NCBI GenBank assembly: GCA_964016885.1 | Contig: CAXHJY010001320.1 | Coordinates: 12,525-76,524, forward strand | Length of the DNA stretch: 64,000 bases | Direction of reading: 5' to 3' | Source: Eledone cirrhosa | Taxonomy: Eukaryota | The notes under the pieces: generated by a model | The model's input: the letters and a program-made list of their open reading frames with translations, nothing else | Databases searched by the model: none | Told to the model about the DNA's origin: nothing | Made by a program: the position numbers and the translations under genes | Shown: positions 13,010 to 25,638 of the stretch, piece after piece | Position numbering within the stretch: the first letter of the stretch is position 1 | Layout of the letters: every line of letters begins with the position of its first letter

Positions 13010-13350
13010 CCCCCATCATGGACGCCGCAGTAAATGTGGGGTCACTGCTTCCGCTGCCGAACGGAATAAAAATACCAAGACCTATCAAACGTTCGGTGGA
13101 GTTGGGCTGTTGACAGCAAAGTTCTTGTCATCACTGGCAGTTCACCTTACTGAGGTGTCAGGTGATGTCAGTGACGGTGCCTCGTCATTTCAACGTCTTA
13201 GCCTCGCCATCATCCGTGGTAATGCTGCGAGCGTGTTGGCTTGCTTCAAGTGGGTAGTTAACCCCTAAGGTGTGAGGTGCGGCTGATTATCTCACTTAAT
13301 GGGGAAATGCTCCCCCCCCCCTTTTTTCCGTTATCTTTTATTCTATGAAT
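13010..13350 (+). mobile_element. CRE-clade-like non-LTR retrotransposon 3' fragment (restriction-like endonuclease C-terminus)
   Basis: Translation TFGGVG...FQRLSLAIIRGNAASVL resembles the QRLSxAxxRGNA terminal motif of CRE-type elements. Confidence 0.6.
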
Positions 13351-13354
13351 TTAT

Positions 13355-13527
13355 TGGATTGGCAGTATCGGTAGAGGGTCGGACGCCATGCTTTGCAGCA
13401 CAGTTACGTCCCTTTACGGTCTCAGTTCAAATCCCGCCGAGGTTAACTTTGCCTTTCATCCTTACGGGGTCGATAAAATAAAGTACCAGTAATGTACTGG
13501 CCTTGTGCCTAAAGTAGAAACAATTAT
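13355..13527 (+). mobile_element. tRNA-derived SINE family 1
   Basis: It has TGGCAGTATCGG (A box), AGTTCAAATCC (B box) and the family body. Confidence 0.85.
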
Positions 13528-13808
13528 ATTTTTATACACGGTTTAGATATTATATTTGTAATATCCTTCTAACGAATTGCGACCAATTTATAATGTTATT
13601 TATGTATATATTTAAAACATATTTGCTACTGTAAATTTATACAGTTGTAATAAATTATTAATTGATTATATGTATGTATTTCTATCTGATATAAGTGTAA
13701 TAAACGATTTATGTACCCAATTAAAAAATGAAATAAACTATTGTTTTTTATTCCATCAATATAATCACAATCTACTCGTAGAAAAATATATTTCTGCAAC
13801 ATTTCATT

Positions 13809-13999
13809 AATAATTGTTTCTACTTTTTGGCACAAGGCCAGCAATTACCCAGTGCATTACTGGTACTTTATTTTATCGACCCCGTAAGGATGAAAGGCAA
13901 AGTCAACCTCAGCGGGATTTGAACTCAGATCGTTAAGGGACGTAACTATGCTGGAAAGCATGGCATCCGACCCTCTACCGATACTGCCAATTCACCGCC
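13809..13999 (-). mobile_element. tRNA-derived SINE family 1
   Basis: Full-length reverse copy, tail-to-tail with 13355-13527. Confidence 0.85.
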
Positions 14000-14050
14000 T
14001 ATTTCATTCATAATATACATTTATAAGAAAGTTATGGGGAAACAAATTGG

Positions 14051-14817
14051 GGCGATATCCAATTTTAGTGGACTAAATGCTGCTTACGTGCTGTAGTTGC
14101 TGTTTACTTCAATGTATGAGGCTATTCCAATAAATTTACATTCCCTTTTTTTTAGCCGTTAAAAGAAATATAGATTTATTTATTGTTTTTTTTTTGCGAT
14201 TTATTTGCCACGTTTTTGTTTGTTTGTTTTTTTGTGATTTATTTGCCACTAGAGCATTAGGCGGGGGAAGTTTTTACAAAAATCAAGTACAAACATTTAA
14301 CGAGTGATTAAAAAGGAATATAAAAAATTAAGTCAATAGAGAGGCAGCCTTTTGGGGTCACACACACCCCCGTAGAAAGTGTGCGACCTTTCTGCCAGGG
14401 AGCACAGAGAGAGGGGGGTGCTCCCTTCTTCTCTTACCTGTACAAGCCGATATAGAGAGATGGGCCATTATTGCTAATTTCACCCATCTTTCATGGAATT
14501 GGCTGGGACTGAGTGCCTTTCTCTCCACCTTGATCCTTCTTTCGAAGTGGTATCGGAAGAAGAGGACCATTTGTTGGCCAGCGACATATCCCCACAGATC
14601 GGCAAAAAAAACAAACCAACAAACAAAAACGTGGCAAATAAAGAAATCTATGCCCCAGTGGCAAATAAATCGCAAAAAAAAACAATAAATAAATCTATAT
14701 TTCTTTTAACGGCTAAAAAAAAGGGAATGTAAATTTGTTGGAATAGTCTCATACATTGAAGTAAGCAGCAACTACAGCACGTAAGCAGCATTTAGTCCAC
14801 TAAAATTGGATATCGCC
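14051..14817. mobile_element. MITE with ~160-bp TIRs and 8-bp TSD (Merlin-like)
   Basis: The TIRs are GGCGATATCCAATTTTAGTGGAC... and ...GTCCACTAAAATTGGATATCGCC. The flanks are CAAATTGG (14043-14050) and CAAATAGG (14818-14825). A GG start with an 8-bp TSD fits Merlin. Confidence 0.75.
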
Positions 14818-15147
14818 CAAATAGGCGTGTATATAGGGGTATTAAACTAACTGTACGGGTGAATGAAGGAATCCCCTGGAATAAAAGCAGTGCTTTAAGA
14901 ACGAAGTCCTTTACGATATTTGTCCCGAACCAAGATATAGGCACTCAGCAACACAGACCGTCTGAAATGCAGTAAATTGATGATCGGTCAACTGGATATC
15001 TGTATATACCAACGACGTTAGTGTTTACACAAGGATACAATAAACAATCACAACAGTGAAAATAACGATTTTAAGTAAAATTATGTTAACGAAAGCAGAC
15101 TTATTTGATTGTTTTTTTTTTAATTGTATTTTTTTTTATATGTATAA

Positions 15148-15280
15148 TGGGCTTCCACACATTCCGTCAACCAAGTCCCGAGTTATCGTAGAAGACATTT
15201 ACCCAAGGTGCCGGTGTCGCACCGCGGGACAGAATCCAGAAACACCTGATACGAAGCAAAATCTTTAACCACTCAACTAA
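15148..15280 (-). mobile_element. degenerate tRNA-derived SINE (third family)
   Basis: It contains the GTAGAAGACAyTTrCCCAAGGTGCC core, and the minus strand begins with an A-box-like GAGTGGTTAA. Confidence 0.5.
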
Positions 15281-16984
15281 TATAGTCATGCCGTCCTAGC
15301 CAACTAAGTGTGTAGTTTTCCCCCCTTCCTATTTTTCATGTTTTCTTCTTCCTTTCGGTTTGTAAATATATAAAATTGAATATGAATAAATGATATATAT
15401 AAATATATATATAATATATGTGCGTGTGCATATAAAATAAATACAAGATCAGTGTCATTGTATGTAAGGCTGTAGTGTCTTTATCCTCTACTGAATAGAA
15501 AACTAACACACCCTTGTAAGTGGAACAAGTCTTTGAATAGAAGAGTGGGTAGATAGAGGGAGGGAGGGAAAAAGAGAATATTAAATAAATGTTATTTGCA
15601 ACGTCAATCGTAAATACAGAGCCATGTAGTAGATGCTACTTAGAGTTAGTAACATATATACATTCACAACAGTAGGTAAAGTAAGTTTAATTTAGTCGCT
15701 GGTCATATATACATACATAACAGGTAAATTAAGTTATCAAAGTTTTCATTAATACATTTATTTTTCACACATAATTATATATGTAATTTACATTTCAGAA
15801 ATATTTTTACACATGTCATTATATAATAAGCTTTTGTTAATTTCCGTAATTAAGACCGAAAATTGTATATATTATTTATATAACATAAATCAATAATTGT
15901 TGTAATTAAATGAAAGTATATATATGTATGTATTATATTGTATGTAAATTTAAACACACATATCATATTGTGTGTGTAATTGTAGCTTGAATGTAAACAG
16001 CTTGTAATTTGATGTAATTAGTTTATATTGAACTTTTGTTGACCTTCTTTTATCGTTGTTTTCTTAATAACCAGTCTAGTCAACTTTGTGTGTGGGATCG
16101 CGTATATATATATATATTTGTGTTATCTACAAAAAATAATAGGGTTGTACCCAATTTATTTCTGTGTTGTCAATGGCTTAATTCGCTATTTTAAATCACT
16201 TTACTGGCCACATTTAATCAAAACAGAAAGTAATTTAAATTCTAATAAGCTCTATCAGAAGGTGTTTAGAAGTAGTAGTAGTAGCAGAGAGAGATAGAAA
16301 ACATAAATACATGTCTAAATATACAAAGTTTACTATGTTCTCAGCTTGCTCTGGCAAACGAAGGTTGTAGGGGCAACAGCATTTCAAACAGGTTTCGGTT
16401 GAAACTGAACAGAAAACCAGCGAGAGAGAGAGAGAGTAACTATTAATAAGAATAACGATTCTTTTGCCAAGTTTTTTCACCCAACTTGACGCTATATCAG
16501 GAGCCCAACCAACTTCGTGACCAACCAGTTATCTTTGTAGGTCGCACCCCACATTCAGTCGAATACCTGCGTGTTATAGGACTTCATGCTCAATTACAGC
16601 TGAGATCTCTTCTTATCCTACATTATACACAACAACATCTGATCCTTCGTTTACGTTTGAAATTTCACTTGTGTTAAGAAAGAAATTATTTTTTCCACAT
16701 AATCTCTTTAGTTAACACGGTGTTGACCAAAAACCATTAACCATGGCTATATGGTGAGTACAAAATAAGTTTCGTTCAAATTTTCTCAGTTTTCCTGATT
16801 CCATCTCCCGCTCTCATCCGACACAAATGACTAATTTTAGTGAGTGTTCTGGGGGCATTTTTTTTTTTTTGCGACAACCACTTTACAGACATGACGAGGT
16901 ATATTATATGAAGGCAGCAACACTAAGAATTTATAGGGTCTACTATGTATATATATACACATATAAATATATTGACAGTAGTCT

Positions 16985-19150
16985 TTTTCTTCTCCTCCTC
17001 TTTCTTTGCCCACTTATTCCTGGGAGGATCGTGGGGGCAGAGTCCTTAAACATTCCTTCCAACGGGTCCTGTCAAGCAAGCATCTCCAACTGATCCTGCT
17101 GGATACTCGAGCGAGACCAGCCAAGCTCATGGATGTCATCCAACCATCTTGTTCGGCGTCTACCTCTGAATCTCCTGTCGGCTGATTTTGCCCATAGTAT
17201 CGGAGCTGTGGTCTCTCAATTCGAAGAAGTAGCGGTTCTACCTGGAGTGACTCTCCGATCTCCGACCTACTGATGTAGCGAAATCTGTTCACACCTTGAC
17301 CCCTGGGTGACATTTAATGGTTATTTTCTGGGTTATCTCCTTTCGAGCTAAACAGGTCTGAGAGTGGACGCCCTCTAAAGGCCAGCCTTTTGTTCTCAAT
17401 GCTTGGGGACAGGAGAAGCGACATAGAAAAAGAACCTGTCTTGGACCAGGACGGCAGTAGTTCGAAGCGGATCCTGATAAAGTTAACATGTAAACTATTG
17501 CTTTCTAGACTTCTTGGGTTCTTACAGACTCTTACTTTCTCTTACCCTCTCTCTTTCACTCAATCTTTATCTCTTGGTCTCTCTCTTTCACCAAGCCAGT
17601 GAAGTTCATGAAGTTTGCTTGGTAAATACAATTTAATTCTACTTTTACAAACAAACAAATAACGTACATAGCTTCGCCGTGAGCTATTTTCAATAAATTA
17701 ATAATATAGCGGTTTGGTGTCATCGTGGTTCATTTATATATATATTCATTTTCTGCATGATCAAGGAACTATGATATCAACATCATCTTATTGAACACTT
17801 ACTCACTTACCTGCACACATGCAACCTCTGGTCACACTGTATCATACAACAGTGACCATACGACGCAGCAAGCTTCAAGCGAGTACACACGCAACAAAGG
17901 AATCAACACCACAACACAATTAATTACCAACTGCTTGTATTCACGTATTCTTTTGGTCATTACCCAAAATTCATGACCATAAGTAAGGGTTAGCATGAAT
18001 ACGAAATTGAAGATAGCATGTTTGGCTTTTACGCCTACCTTTCTTCTTCTGATTACCAAATGCTGAAGTTAGTGCATTACTGCACCAGCTACTGCAATTC
18101 TTACACTTAATTCAGCCTCCTGCCTTCCATCACACGTGAACACGGCCCTGAAATACTTGAACTTCTCTACCTGCTTCAGTGGAACTCCATTCACTTGTAG
18201 AGTGCATTGTGCAGGCTTCTTGAGAGGACGAGTGTTTCAGTTGTCTCAGCACTGATTTTCATTCCAGCCATGCAGCACTTGGCATCAAACATATCAAGTG
18301 CAAGTTGGATATCACCTTCCGTTAAGTTAAGTTAAGTAACACCATGTTGTCTGCAAATTCTAGCCTACTGATTCTACACCTACCAGTCATGATACCACTT
18401 TCAACCTGGCTGTGCATGTCAATCCTGTTCATGTAAATAATAAACAGGAGAGGTGACAGTATGCACACTTTGCAGAATCTAACTCCCACATTGAATGGTT
18501 TCAATTTAGCACCATTTATCCAAACACAATTACGCAGGCATTTGTATCGAGACATCAGGGCAGCAAGAAGCTGACCATCGAGCCCATACTCCTGAATAAC
18601 CTTCCAGGAACATGGTCATATGCCTTTTCAAGGTTGACAAAACAAGAATATAGCTCTTGGTAAAACTCCCACGATTTCTCAAAGACCTGCTACAGTGTGA
18701 ATATTTGGTTGGCTGTACTGCATCTGGGGCAAAAACCACACTGTTCATCAGCTAGCTTGGATTTGACAATCTCCTTGAATCTCTTTGCCAGACACTTAGC
18801 ATAGACTTTTCCGGGGAGGCTTAACAAGGAGATCCCTCTGTAATTAGATCAATCTCTTGTCTCCTTTTTGAAAATTGGGATTATCACTCCCGATTGCCAT
18901 TGCTTAGGTGCTTTTCCAGAGATCCGGGCCATCCGGCACACATGAGTCATCCAAAGAATTCCTTCTCTATCAAGAGATGCCACCCAAGCAAAGAAAGAGG
19001 CCTACAAAGCTTGGCTTGCAAATAAGTCCTCCTTCTTGCACTTGCGGTACAAGCAAGCATGAAAAATCGCAGCAGAGACAGTAAAGTCATCCAAAGTTAA
19101 GGCATGGGAGGACTTTGGGGTTAAGCTGAAATTCAACTTCAGATCAACAA
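16985..19150 (-). mobile_element. fragmented old RTE-like LINE: 3' end 16985-17330, RT 17940-18970, inverted 5' piece ~18975-19150
   Basis: Minus-strand peptides LQVEPLLLRIERPQLRYYG and PFNVGV...[15 protein letters not shown]...FADNMVL are present. The + strand piece reads KKEAYKAWL...KAWEDFG. Confidence 0.7.
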
Positions 19151-19473
19151 ATTCATCAAATTGACAATGGTAGTGAAAGAGAAATGTTATGATATACAAT
19201 ATTGAAAAAAAACAACATATTTTGAAACTTCAAATTTACTACCTTTTTTTTTTAAAAAACAATTTCAAAATGATGAAAATAATAAGGTAGAATACAAATA
19301 TGTCATTATTTTTATGTGTTCTTTGTATAAAACAAGAAATGCACTATATAAGATGACAGGTATATAGTATTAAAGGTCAAAGATCATTTTTATACATGTC
19401 AACCATTATGACATCTTTATTCATTATTGTATTGTACATATTCTACTATGTTTCATGTAATTATAATAAACGA

Positions 19474-19808
19474 GGCACATGGCTTAGTGGTTAGAGCATT
19501 GGCCTTGCAATCGAAAGGTTGTGAGTTCAATTCTCAGACCGGGTGGTGTGTTGTTTCCTTGAGCAAGACACTTTATTTCACATTGCTCCAGTTTACTCAG
19601 CTGTAGAAATGAGATGATAGGGACTGAGGTCCTTATCATTCCACTGCAAAGTGGTCGTGTAGGTGCCACGGCAAAAAAGCACCCAGCACTCACTGTAAAT
19701 GAGGTTGGTGTTAGGAAGGGCATCCAGCTGTAGAAATCAAGCCAGTATCAGTTCCCGTCCCACCCTTGCAAGCAGGGAAAAGCGGACGTAAAATGAAATG
19801 AAAAAAAA
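19474..19808 (+). mobile_element. tRNA-derived SINE family 2 with RTE-derived 3' tail
   Basis: It has an A box TGGCTTAGTGG, a B box GAGTTCAATTC and a central TCCTTGAGCAAGACACTT domain. The 3' part shares long exact matches with the RTE-A 3' UTR (38740-38878). Confidence 0.9.
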
Positions 19809-19984
19809 GCAAAGTATACAATATTTTTTGAAAATTTAAGAATTTTCCGACAATGTTTTGGGGTTGCATATGTACCCCAGCAATACACCACTGCTTATAT
19901 ATTATCATCATCGTCATCACCGTTTAATGTTCATTTTTCCTCGTTAGCATAGGTTAGACGGGTTGTCCCATTTGAGGCAAGTTG

Positions 19985-20028
<44 letters not shown>

Positions 20029-20309
20029 TATATATATATATATATGTTCAAATAGGTGGCACACAAACTCTGAAAAACTATGGTTTCGGTGCATTAAGGT
20101 CGATACCATTCATTCCAGTGCTTATTGGGACATAACAAAACAGGTAGAGACAAGTTATGCCTTTAGGCAAATATAGAGTGCGCAAGGGCTTAGCCAAAGG
20201 AGAGAAATAGTAAAACAGAATAGGACTGTAGTCCAAACAAAGAAGGACACTGGGGTGTAGAAAAGGTAAGAAGAAAGAATAAGGGACATCACACCACCCG
20301 GCCTGTTTT

Positions 20310-21800
20310 CCTCTATTCTTTCTTATGCGTTGCCATTCATTTATAGTACTATTACACATCCATCGAAGCATACAAGCTTCATTTCTTTCCAATCTTCACA
20401 GGTCCTCTGCATTCAGGCCTTGCTACCATGCACATTGCTGTTCGTAAACATGCATTATACAATCTATCCTTCATTTTGAGGGAAAAACCTTTAGTAGCTA
20501 GCAGTGGTAGTAGTTCCCTAAACTTTTTCCATCCCGTTCTCACTCTGGCTACTGTACTTTCAGCACACCCACCTCCATTCCTGATTTAGTTACCCAGGTA
20601 GCAGAAACTGTCTACTGCTTCTACAGAACCCTCCATGAATTTGATAGAGCTTGTTTTCTGCAGGTATTTGCTGCTTATTGCTGCTGTGCAATGGCCACAT
20701 GGAAAACTTACGTTCTTAGCTAAACTACCTGTGATCCCACTATATCTCTTGTGTACCCATAGTTTGCATTTGGAATAGAGGATGGAATTTCTACCTATGC
20801 CTTTCCAGCACACTGGGCAAGGCCATTTCCCCAGGGAGACCAGGGCCCTTTTTTCCCTTCTACTTACTAGGACCTTAGTCTTTGTCTGGTTGACTTTAAG
20901 ACCCTTTGATTCTAGGCTATGCTTCTGGATTTGGAATTTATTCTCTAATGCTGCCATAGATTCAGCTATAAGTATTGATCATCTGCATACAGGACTTTCC
21001 ATGGGCAGCCAGTCTTAAACTCATCTGTTATAGCCTGCAGGATAATAAACAGGAGAGAGTTAAGAACAGAGCCCTGATGGACACCCACCTGCATGCTAAA
21101 TCTTTCATTATAGTTATTGTTAATTCTAACTTTGCTGACTGGTCCTCTATATATGGATTATACAGCCTTCACAAACCACTCATCTACTCTAGTTTTTTAG
21201 AGCGTACCAGATTATGCCACTGGGAACTTTATCAAAAGTTTTCTCCAGGTCAACAAATGCCAGGTAGAAGAGCTTACTTTTATCTAAGTACTTCTCCTGT
21301 AGTTGCTTCACAAGATAGAGGTTGTCAGTGGTACTTTTTCCTGACACAAATCTAAACTGCATTTCATCTATGTTAACTTGGTCCCTAACCAGCTGCTCTA
21401 TAATTTACTCTATTACTTTCATGACCTGGTCCTTCAACTTGATGCCTCTATAGTTTTCTCTATCTAGTGCATTCACCTTTACCCTTGTAGCAGTTGACAA
21501 TGAGGTGGCCGCACCAATCATTTGGTATGACACCATTTAGTATTACCTGGTTTATAATACAAGTGGTTAAACCCACCATCCCAGATGCTCTCAGCATCTC
21601 AGCGACTATCCCCAATGAATCAGCTACTTTTTTCGTCTTCATATCCTTAATTGCCTTACTATACTGCTGCTGACTTGTGTGGCTGAACCCTCTGTTGGGT
21701 CTATTTGGGGAAGACCATCTTGTCCCCATGCATTCTCTTCATTCAGTTATCTTTTATAATCACTTTTCCATGCTACTTTCTTTTCAGCGTCTGTGAAGGA
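20310..21800 (-). mobile_element. degenerate PHD-bearing RTE LINE
   Basis: [37 protein letters not shown] and IVNCYKGKG appear across frameshifted ORFs. Confidence 0.85.
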
Positions 21801-21809
21801 AAGTGCACC

Positions 21810-22382
21810 TTTATAATAATAATGAAATTATTGTGTACAGTGCTCAGGTGCACTACAACTCATCAAAGGTGCATGTATAGTACATAGAATAATATACTAA
21901 TGTTAGGGAAGTGAATTGTGTATGAATCATGATATACATGTGTGCATGTGTATGGAGGGGGAATATTAGGTGTAGTGTTGGTGAATCTCAGGAAGCATGG
22001 AGGTTTTAAAGGATGCAGTGTCTCGACAGCTAATAACTGATGCAGGTAGTTTGTTCCATGCTTCAGCAACTCAGTGTGAAAAAATGTTTCCGAAAGTCAT
22101 GGGAGCTGTGGTATTTTCTGAATTTGTTGGCATGCCCACGTGTGTTAGACACATGGAAATCAAAAAGGTACTCAGGGTTGTTGTTGGCAAGAAGGTTAAT
22201 AATTTTGTGGGTGTTTAGCAAGTCAGTTGCCAGGCGTCAAAGCTTCAATGTATCCATGCCCAGGGAAGCAAGGCATTCAGAGTATGGTAGATGCCTGATG
22301 GAGGGTATTTGCTTGGTTGCAGGTCTCTGAACAGTTTCCAGGCGGTCAATGTTTTGAGCAAGATAGAGGTTCTAGACTGGTA
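21810..22382 (-). mobile_element. CR1-like LINE 3' fragment
   Basis: The minus strand reads NIDRLETVQR...NTRGH...RKHFFTL...AEAWNKLPASV, with a (TTA)n tail at ~21812. Confidence 0.75.
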
Positions 22383-22691
22383 TCATCTCGGATACACTTC
22401 TTTCCAATGACATCACAATTTTCCTGACACGTTGCCCCACAATCCTAAACACCTCATGCCACAAAACATGCTTAAATTTTTAATCTTCTGTTTCCCTCAT
22501 TGCTCATTGCAAAGTATACTTATCACCTAGTTTTCTTCTTGTAAATGAAATGAGGCAATGGCCAAAGTGACAAGGGAGAAGGTCAAGGAAAATTAAACAT
22601 CTGAAGGGTATTATGGTAGTATATATATATATATATATATATTTCCATAGTATTTTGACTACTAATTTAATATAAGTAAAATATATATATA

Positions 22692-22915
22692 TGATCATCA
22701 TCCTTGTCATTTTTCTATTCGCTTTTCCATGCTTGCATGGGTTGGACAGGTCCTTCTCAGCATGGCATCTCTCCACATGTTATGTTGCTTCGTCATCTTT
22801 TCTGCTAGTCTTAGCGATTTGATGTTAGCTCTCACAACCTTTGCCCAGGTCGTTCTTGGTCGTTCTCTACTGCAGCTTCCTTCCATTGGGATTTCCTGGC
22901 ATTTCTCACCCAACG
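22692..22915 (-). mobile_element. RTE 3'-end fragment
   Basis: It encodes MEGSCSRERPRTTWAKVV and has the CATGCAAGCATGGAAAAG + (GAT)n terminus. Confidence 0.7.
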
Positions 22916-23669
22916 ATTATACTTAACTACTATCTATTAGTTACTATATTGATTTATCATGATCACTCAACCTTCTGAAATTATCAAACATCAAACTGAT
23001 TAAGTACTAAACTTCGCCTTTTGTTTTTATTACTCTCTCTATATATATTATTATCTCCACTGTTTCAAATTTCAGATTCCCCAATGCTTTGTAAGTCAAC
23101 TGAGTCTTGTTTATATATATAGCTATATGTATCATCATCATCATCATCTTATGTTTGATCCTTCATGCTTGTGTGGGTGGGATGTATCCTTTCCTTCACA
23201 GCCTTCCTCTACTCGCAGCTTTCCTGTTAGGTTCAGTGTTTTGAGATCAACTCTAATAATCTGTGCCCAGTTTTTTTTTTCATTTTCCTCTGCTGCATCT
23301 TCCATCGATTTCAGTAGCCAGTCCTCTGTTTAATCTACCAGGGTTAGTCCCTTTTTCTTTTACTCATTCTCCATATTCATCAACTTCTCAAAATAGCATT
23401 TACAGGCCTCTTTCATTTGAGTGTCAGTGAGGCTAAATATGCCTTTGTCATTCCAAACACACTTCCCTCCAACACAACAATATCCTGATTCACACTGACA
23501 GATTGCTTTGTAAAAAAAAACGGTGAAATTCTTAGAATTTATAATCTATTATTATCTTACTTACATCTCTAATATGTGGACAGGTATTCTTCAAGTTTTA
23601 CATTTATTGTAGTCCCTATTTTCAGTGACATGCATTTTTGAATTTTTATGTTTATTTTTTTCTTTTCAG

Positions 23670-23749
23670 CTTCGATGAGGAGACCATATCAAACTTTTCT
23701 TTTTATTATCACTTACTATTATCGATTTTATAATCGATAATTATCATCT
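23670..23749 (+). other. possible 5'-UTR exon of the ENTPD gene containing a 21-codon uORF
   Basis: A strong polypyrimidine acceptor TTTTTTCTTTTCAG| and a donor |GTATGT flank it. The uORF runs from ATG 23675 to TAA 23740. Confidence 0.4.
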
Positions 23750-23842
23750 GTATGTGCAGAATACTGATATGGTTTCTGAAACAATTGTCAGCCATTAAAT
23801 ATATTTGTTCAAGAATTTGCTATTGTTTTCTCTAACATTTAA

Positions 23843-23892
<50 letters not shown>

Positions 23893-24011
23893 AACTGAGC
23901 TTGAGCTCAGCCATCGGGGTCTTACTGGTTCCTATTACCCACTCTACTACCCTAAGTATTGAGTACTTTGGTGCGTTATGGTCCACCTGGTTCCTTACCA
24001 CATTTCCTTCG

Positions 24012-24074
<63 letters not shown>

Positions 24075-24186
24075 GTGTACATAATCCACATAGTATGACC
24101 AACTTTGAAATCTCATTGCTGCAAAGCTAACTCCTCAACCACATAGCCATATCTGACTGTTTTCATCTCTTTCTTGTTTCAGGTAA

Positions 24187-24454
24187 ATGGAAAAACCGTT
24201 GGTAAGAAAATTCTGTTGTAACTCCTCAAACAAACCGTTAAAGAAATTTAGTTCTTTTGACATTCAGCGCAAAATGTGGGTTGTAGGTTTTTCTGTTCTA
24301 TTTGCCATGATTATTTGGTTCTCTGCTGCTTACCACTGGGATTTCAAGTCTTCCAAAAGTCCTGAACTTTCCAGGAATATTTATGGCCTCATGTTTGATG
24401 CAGGAAGTACTGGTTCAAGGGTTCATGTATTCCACTTTATCAAAACTGAACATG
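24187..24454 (+). CDS. ENTPD5: ENTPD5/6-like NTPDase, coding exon 1 (TM anchor + ACR1)
   Basis: The acceptor TTTCAG ends at 24182. The exon has a hydrophobic segment MWVVGFSVLFAMIIWFSAAY and apyrase conserved region 1 YGLMFDAGSTGSRVHVF. It ends at a phase-1 donor G|GTATGT. ENTPD5 versus ENTPD6 cannot be resolved. Confidence 0.9.
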
Positions 24455-25147
24455 GTATGTATTTGAAATATTGAACTGTTTATTTGGTCTCTTTCTCTCT
24501 TTCTATCATAAATAAAGCTCCAATGCGGTCATAGGGCAGTGGTAGATTGATGGAATTAATATGGTTTGAGAGTGATGCTTTGCATTAACTGATTGCGTTC
24601 TGTGCATTTTGAGTTCAAATCCTGCCACCTAGGATTTGTGATCGTCAGATATTATCCATGCTCTGATCTGATGATCAACTAAATTCCTTTTTATGTGTCT
24701 CCATTATGGCAGTTGGATATGGCTGGGTCTTTAGAGCATTTTACATTTGTTCTGGTTTGTTTCCTCTGAGTTCAAATCCAACCGAAGTCCACTTTGTCTT
24801 TTTAACTGCCATTGCATGCGACATCATCATCAGCATAAGCCTGCTTTTCATGCTTGCATGGGCTGAATGTGTTGTAATGATCTGAGATTAGACAGGCTGG
24901 AGTTACCTGTATTTAATCTTTTCATGATCATATTTCTAATGCAAAATATTTGCTTATGGTTTTCAATTAATTTTGAAAATAATCAAGATATAGTATAAAG
25001 AGCTCCAAATTATTTTTCTTTGCTACATAAATAATATCTTAAGTTTGACACAAGGGCCTCAATGACATTTTCAACCAGGGGCCCTATGTAAGCTTAATCT
25101 GTCCTGATTCTTAAGTTAATCCAATCATGATTCAATATTAATTTCAG

Positions 25148-25227
25148 GAAAACAGATGGAACTAATATCAGATACTTTTAAAGAAATTAAACCTGGATTA
25201 TCTGCTTATTCCAGTAATCCACAGAGG
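25148..25227 (+). CDS. ENTPD5: ENTPD5/6-like coding exon 2 (80 nt)
   Basis: TTTCAG|GA continues phase 1 and reads KQMELISDTFKEIKPGLSAYSSNPQR (KPGLS motif). The donor is |GTAAGT. Confidence 0.9.
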
Positions 25228-25420
25228 GTAAGTTATTTTTAATCACAAAGAAACACATCTTTAACTTTTTCTGAATATATATTTCTAACAAGAATATACC
25301 AACTTTGTATTTTAGTTATCAAAGTATTTAATAATTATGAGATGTTTAATGAAATAACTAACTTTCAACTCAATAATAAAAAAAAATATTTGACTACTGA
25401 AATCAAATATTATCTGTCAT

Positions 25421-25608
25421 ATAATAATTGTTTCTATTTTTGGCACAAGGCCAGCAATTATCCCAGTGCATTACTGGTGCATTATTTTATCGACCCTATA
25501 AGGATGAAAGACAGTTAACCTCGGCAGGATTTGAACTCAGACCGTAAAGGCCTGTAACTCTGTGCTGCAAAGCAAGGCGTCCAACCCTCTACTGATACTG
25601 CCAATCCA
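25421..25608 (-). mobile_element. tRNA-derived SINE family 1
   Basis: Homologous to 13809-13999. Confidence 0.85.
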
Positions 25609-25638
25609 TTGTTATATAATAATGAGATTTGAGTTTAA

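Noticed and set aside
17330-17740. Possible solo LTR interrupting the old RTE
   Set aside because: I could not identify TG...CA termini with a TSD or a second copy, so it is left unassigned.
19474-19550. Functional tRNA genes here and in the family 1 heads
   Set aside because: A and B boxes are present but run into SINE bodies without a complete cloverleaf or terminator.
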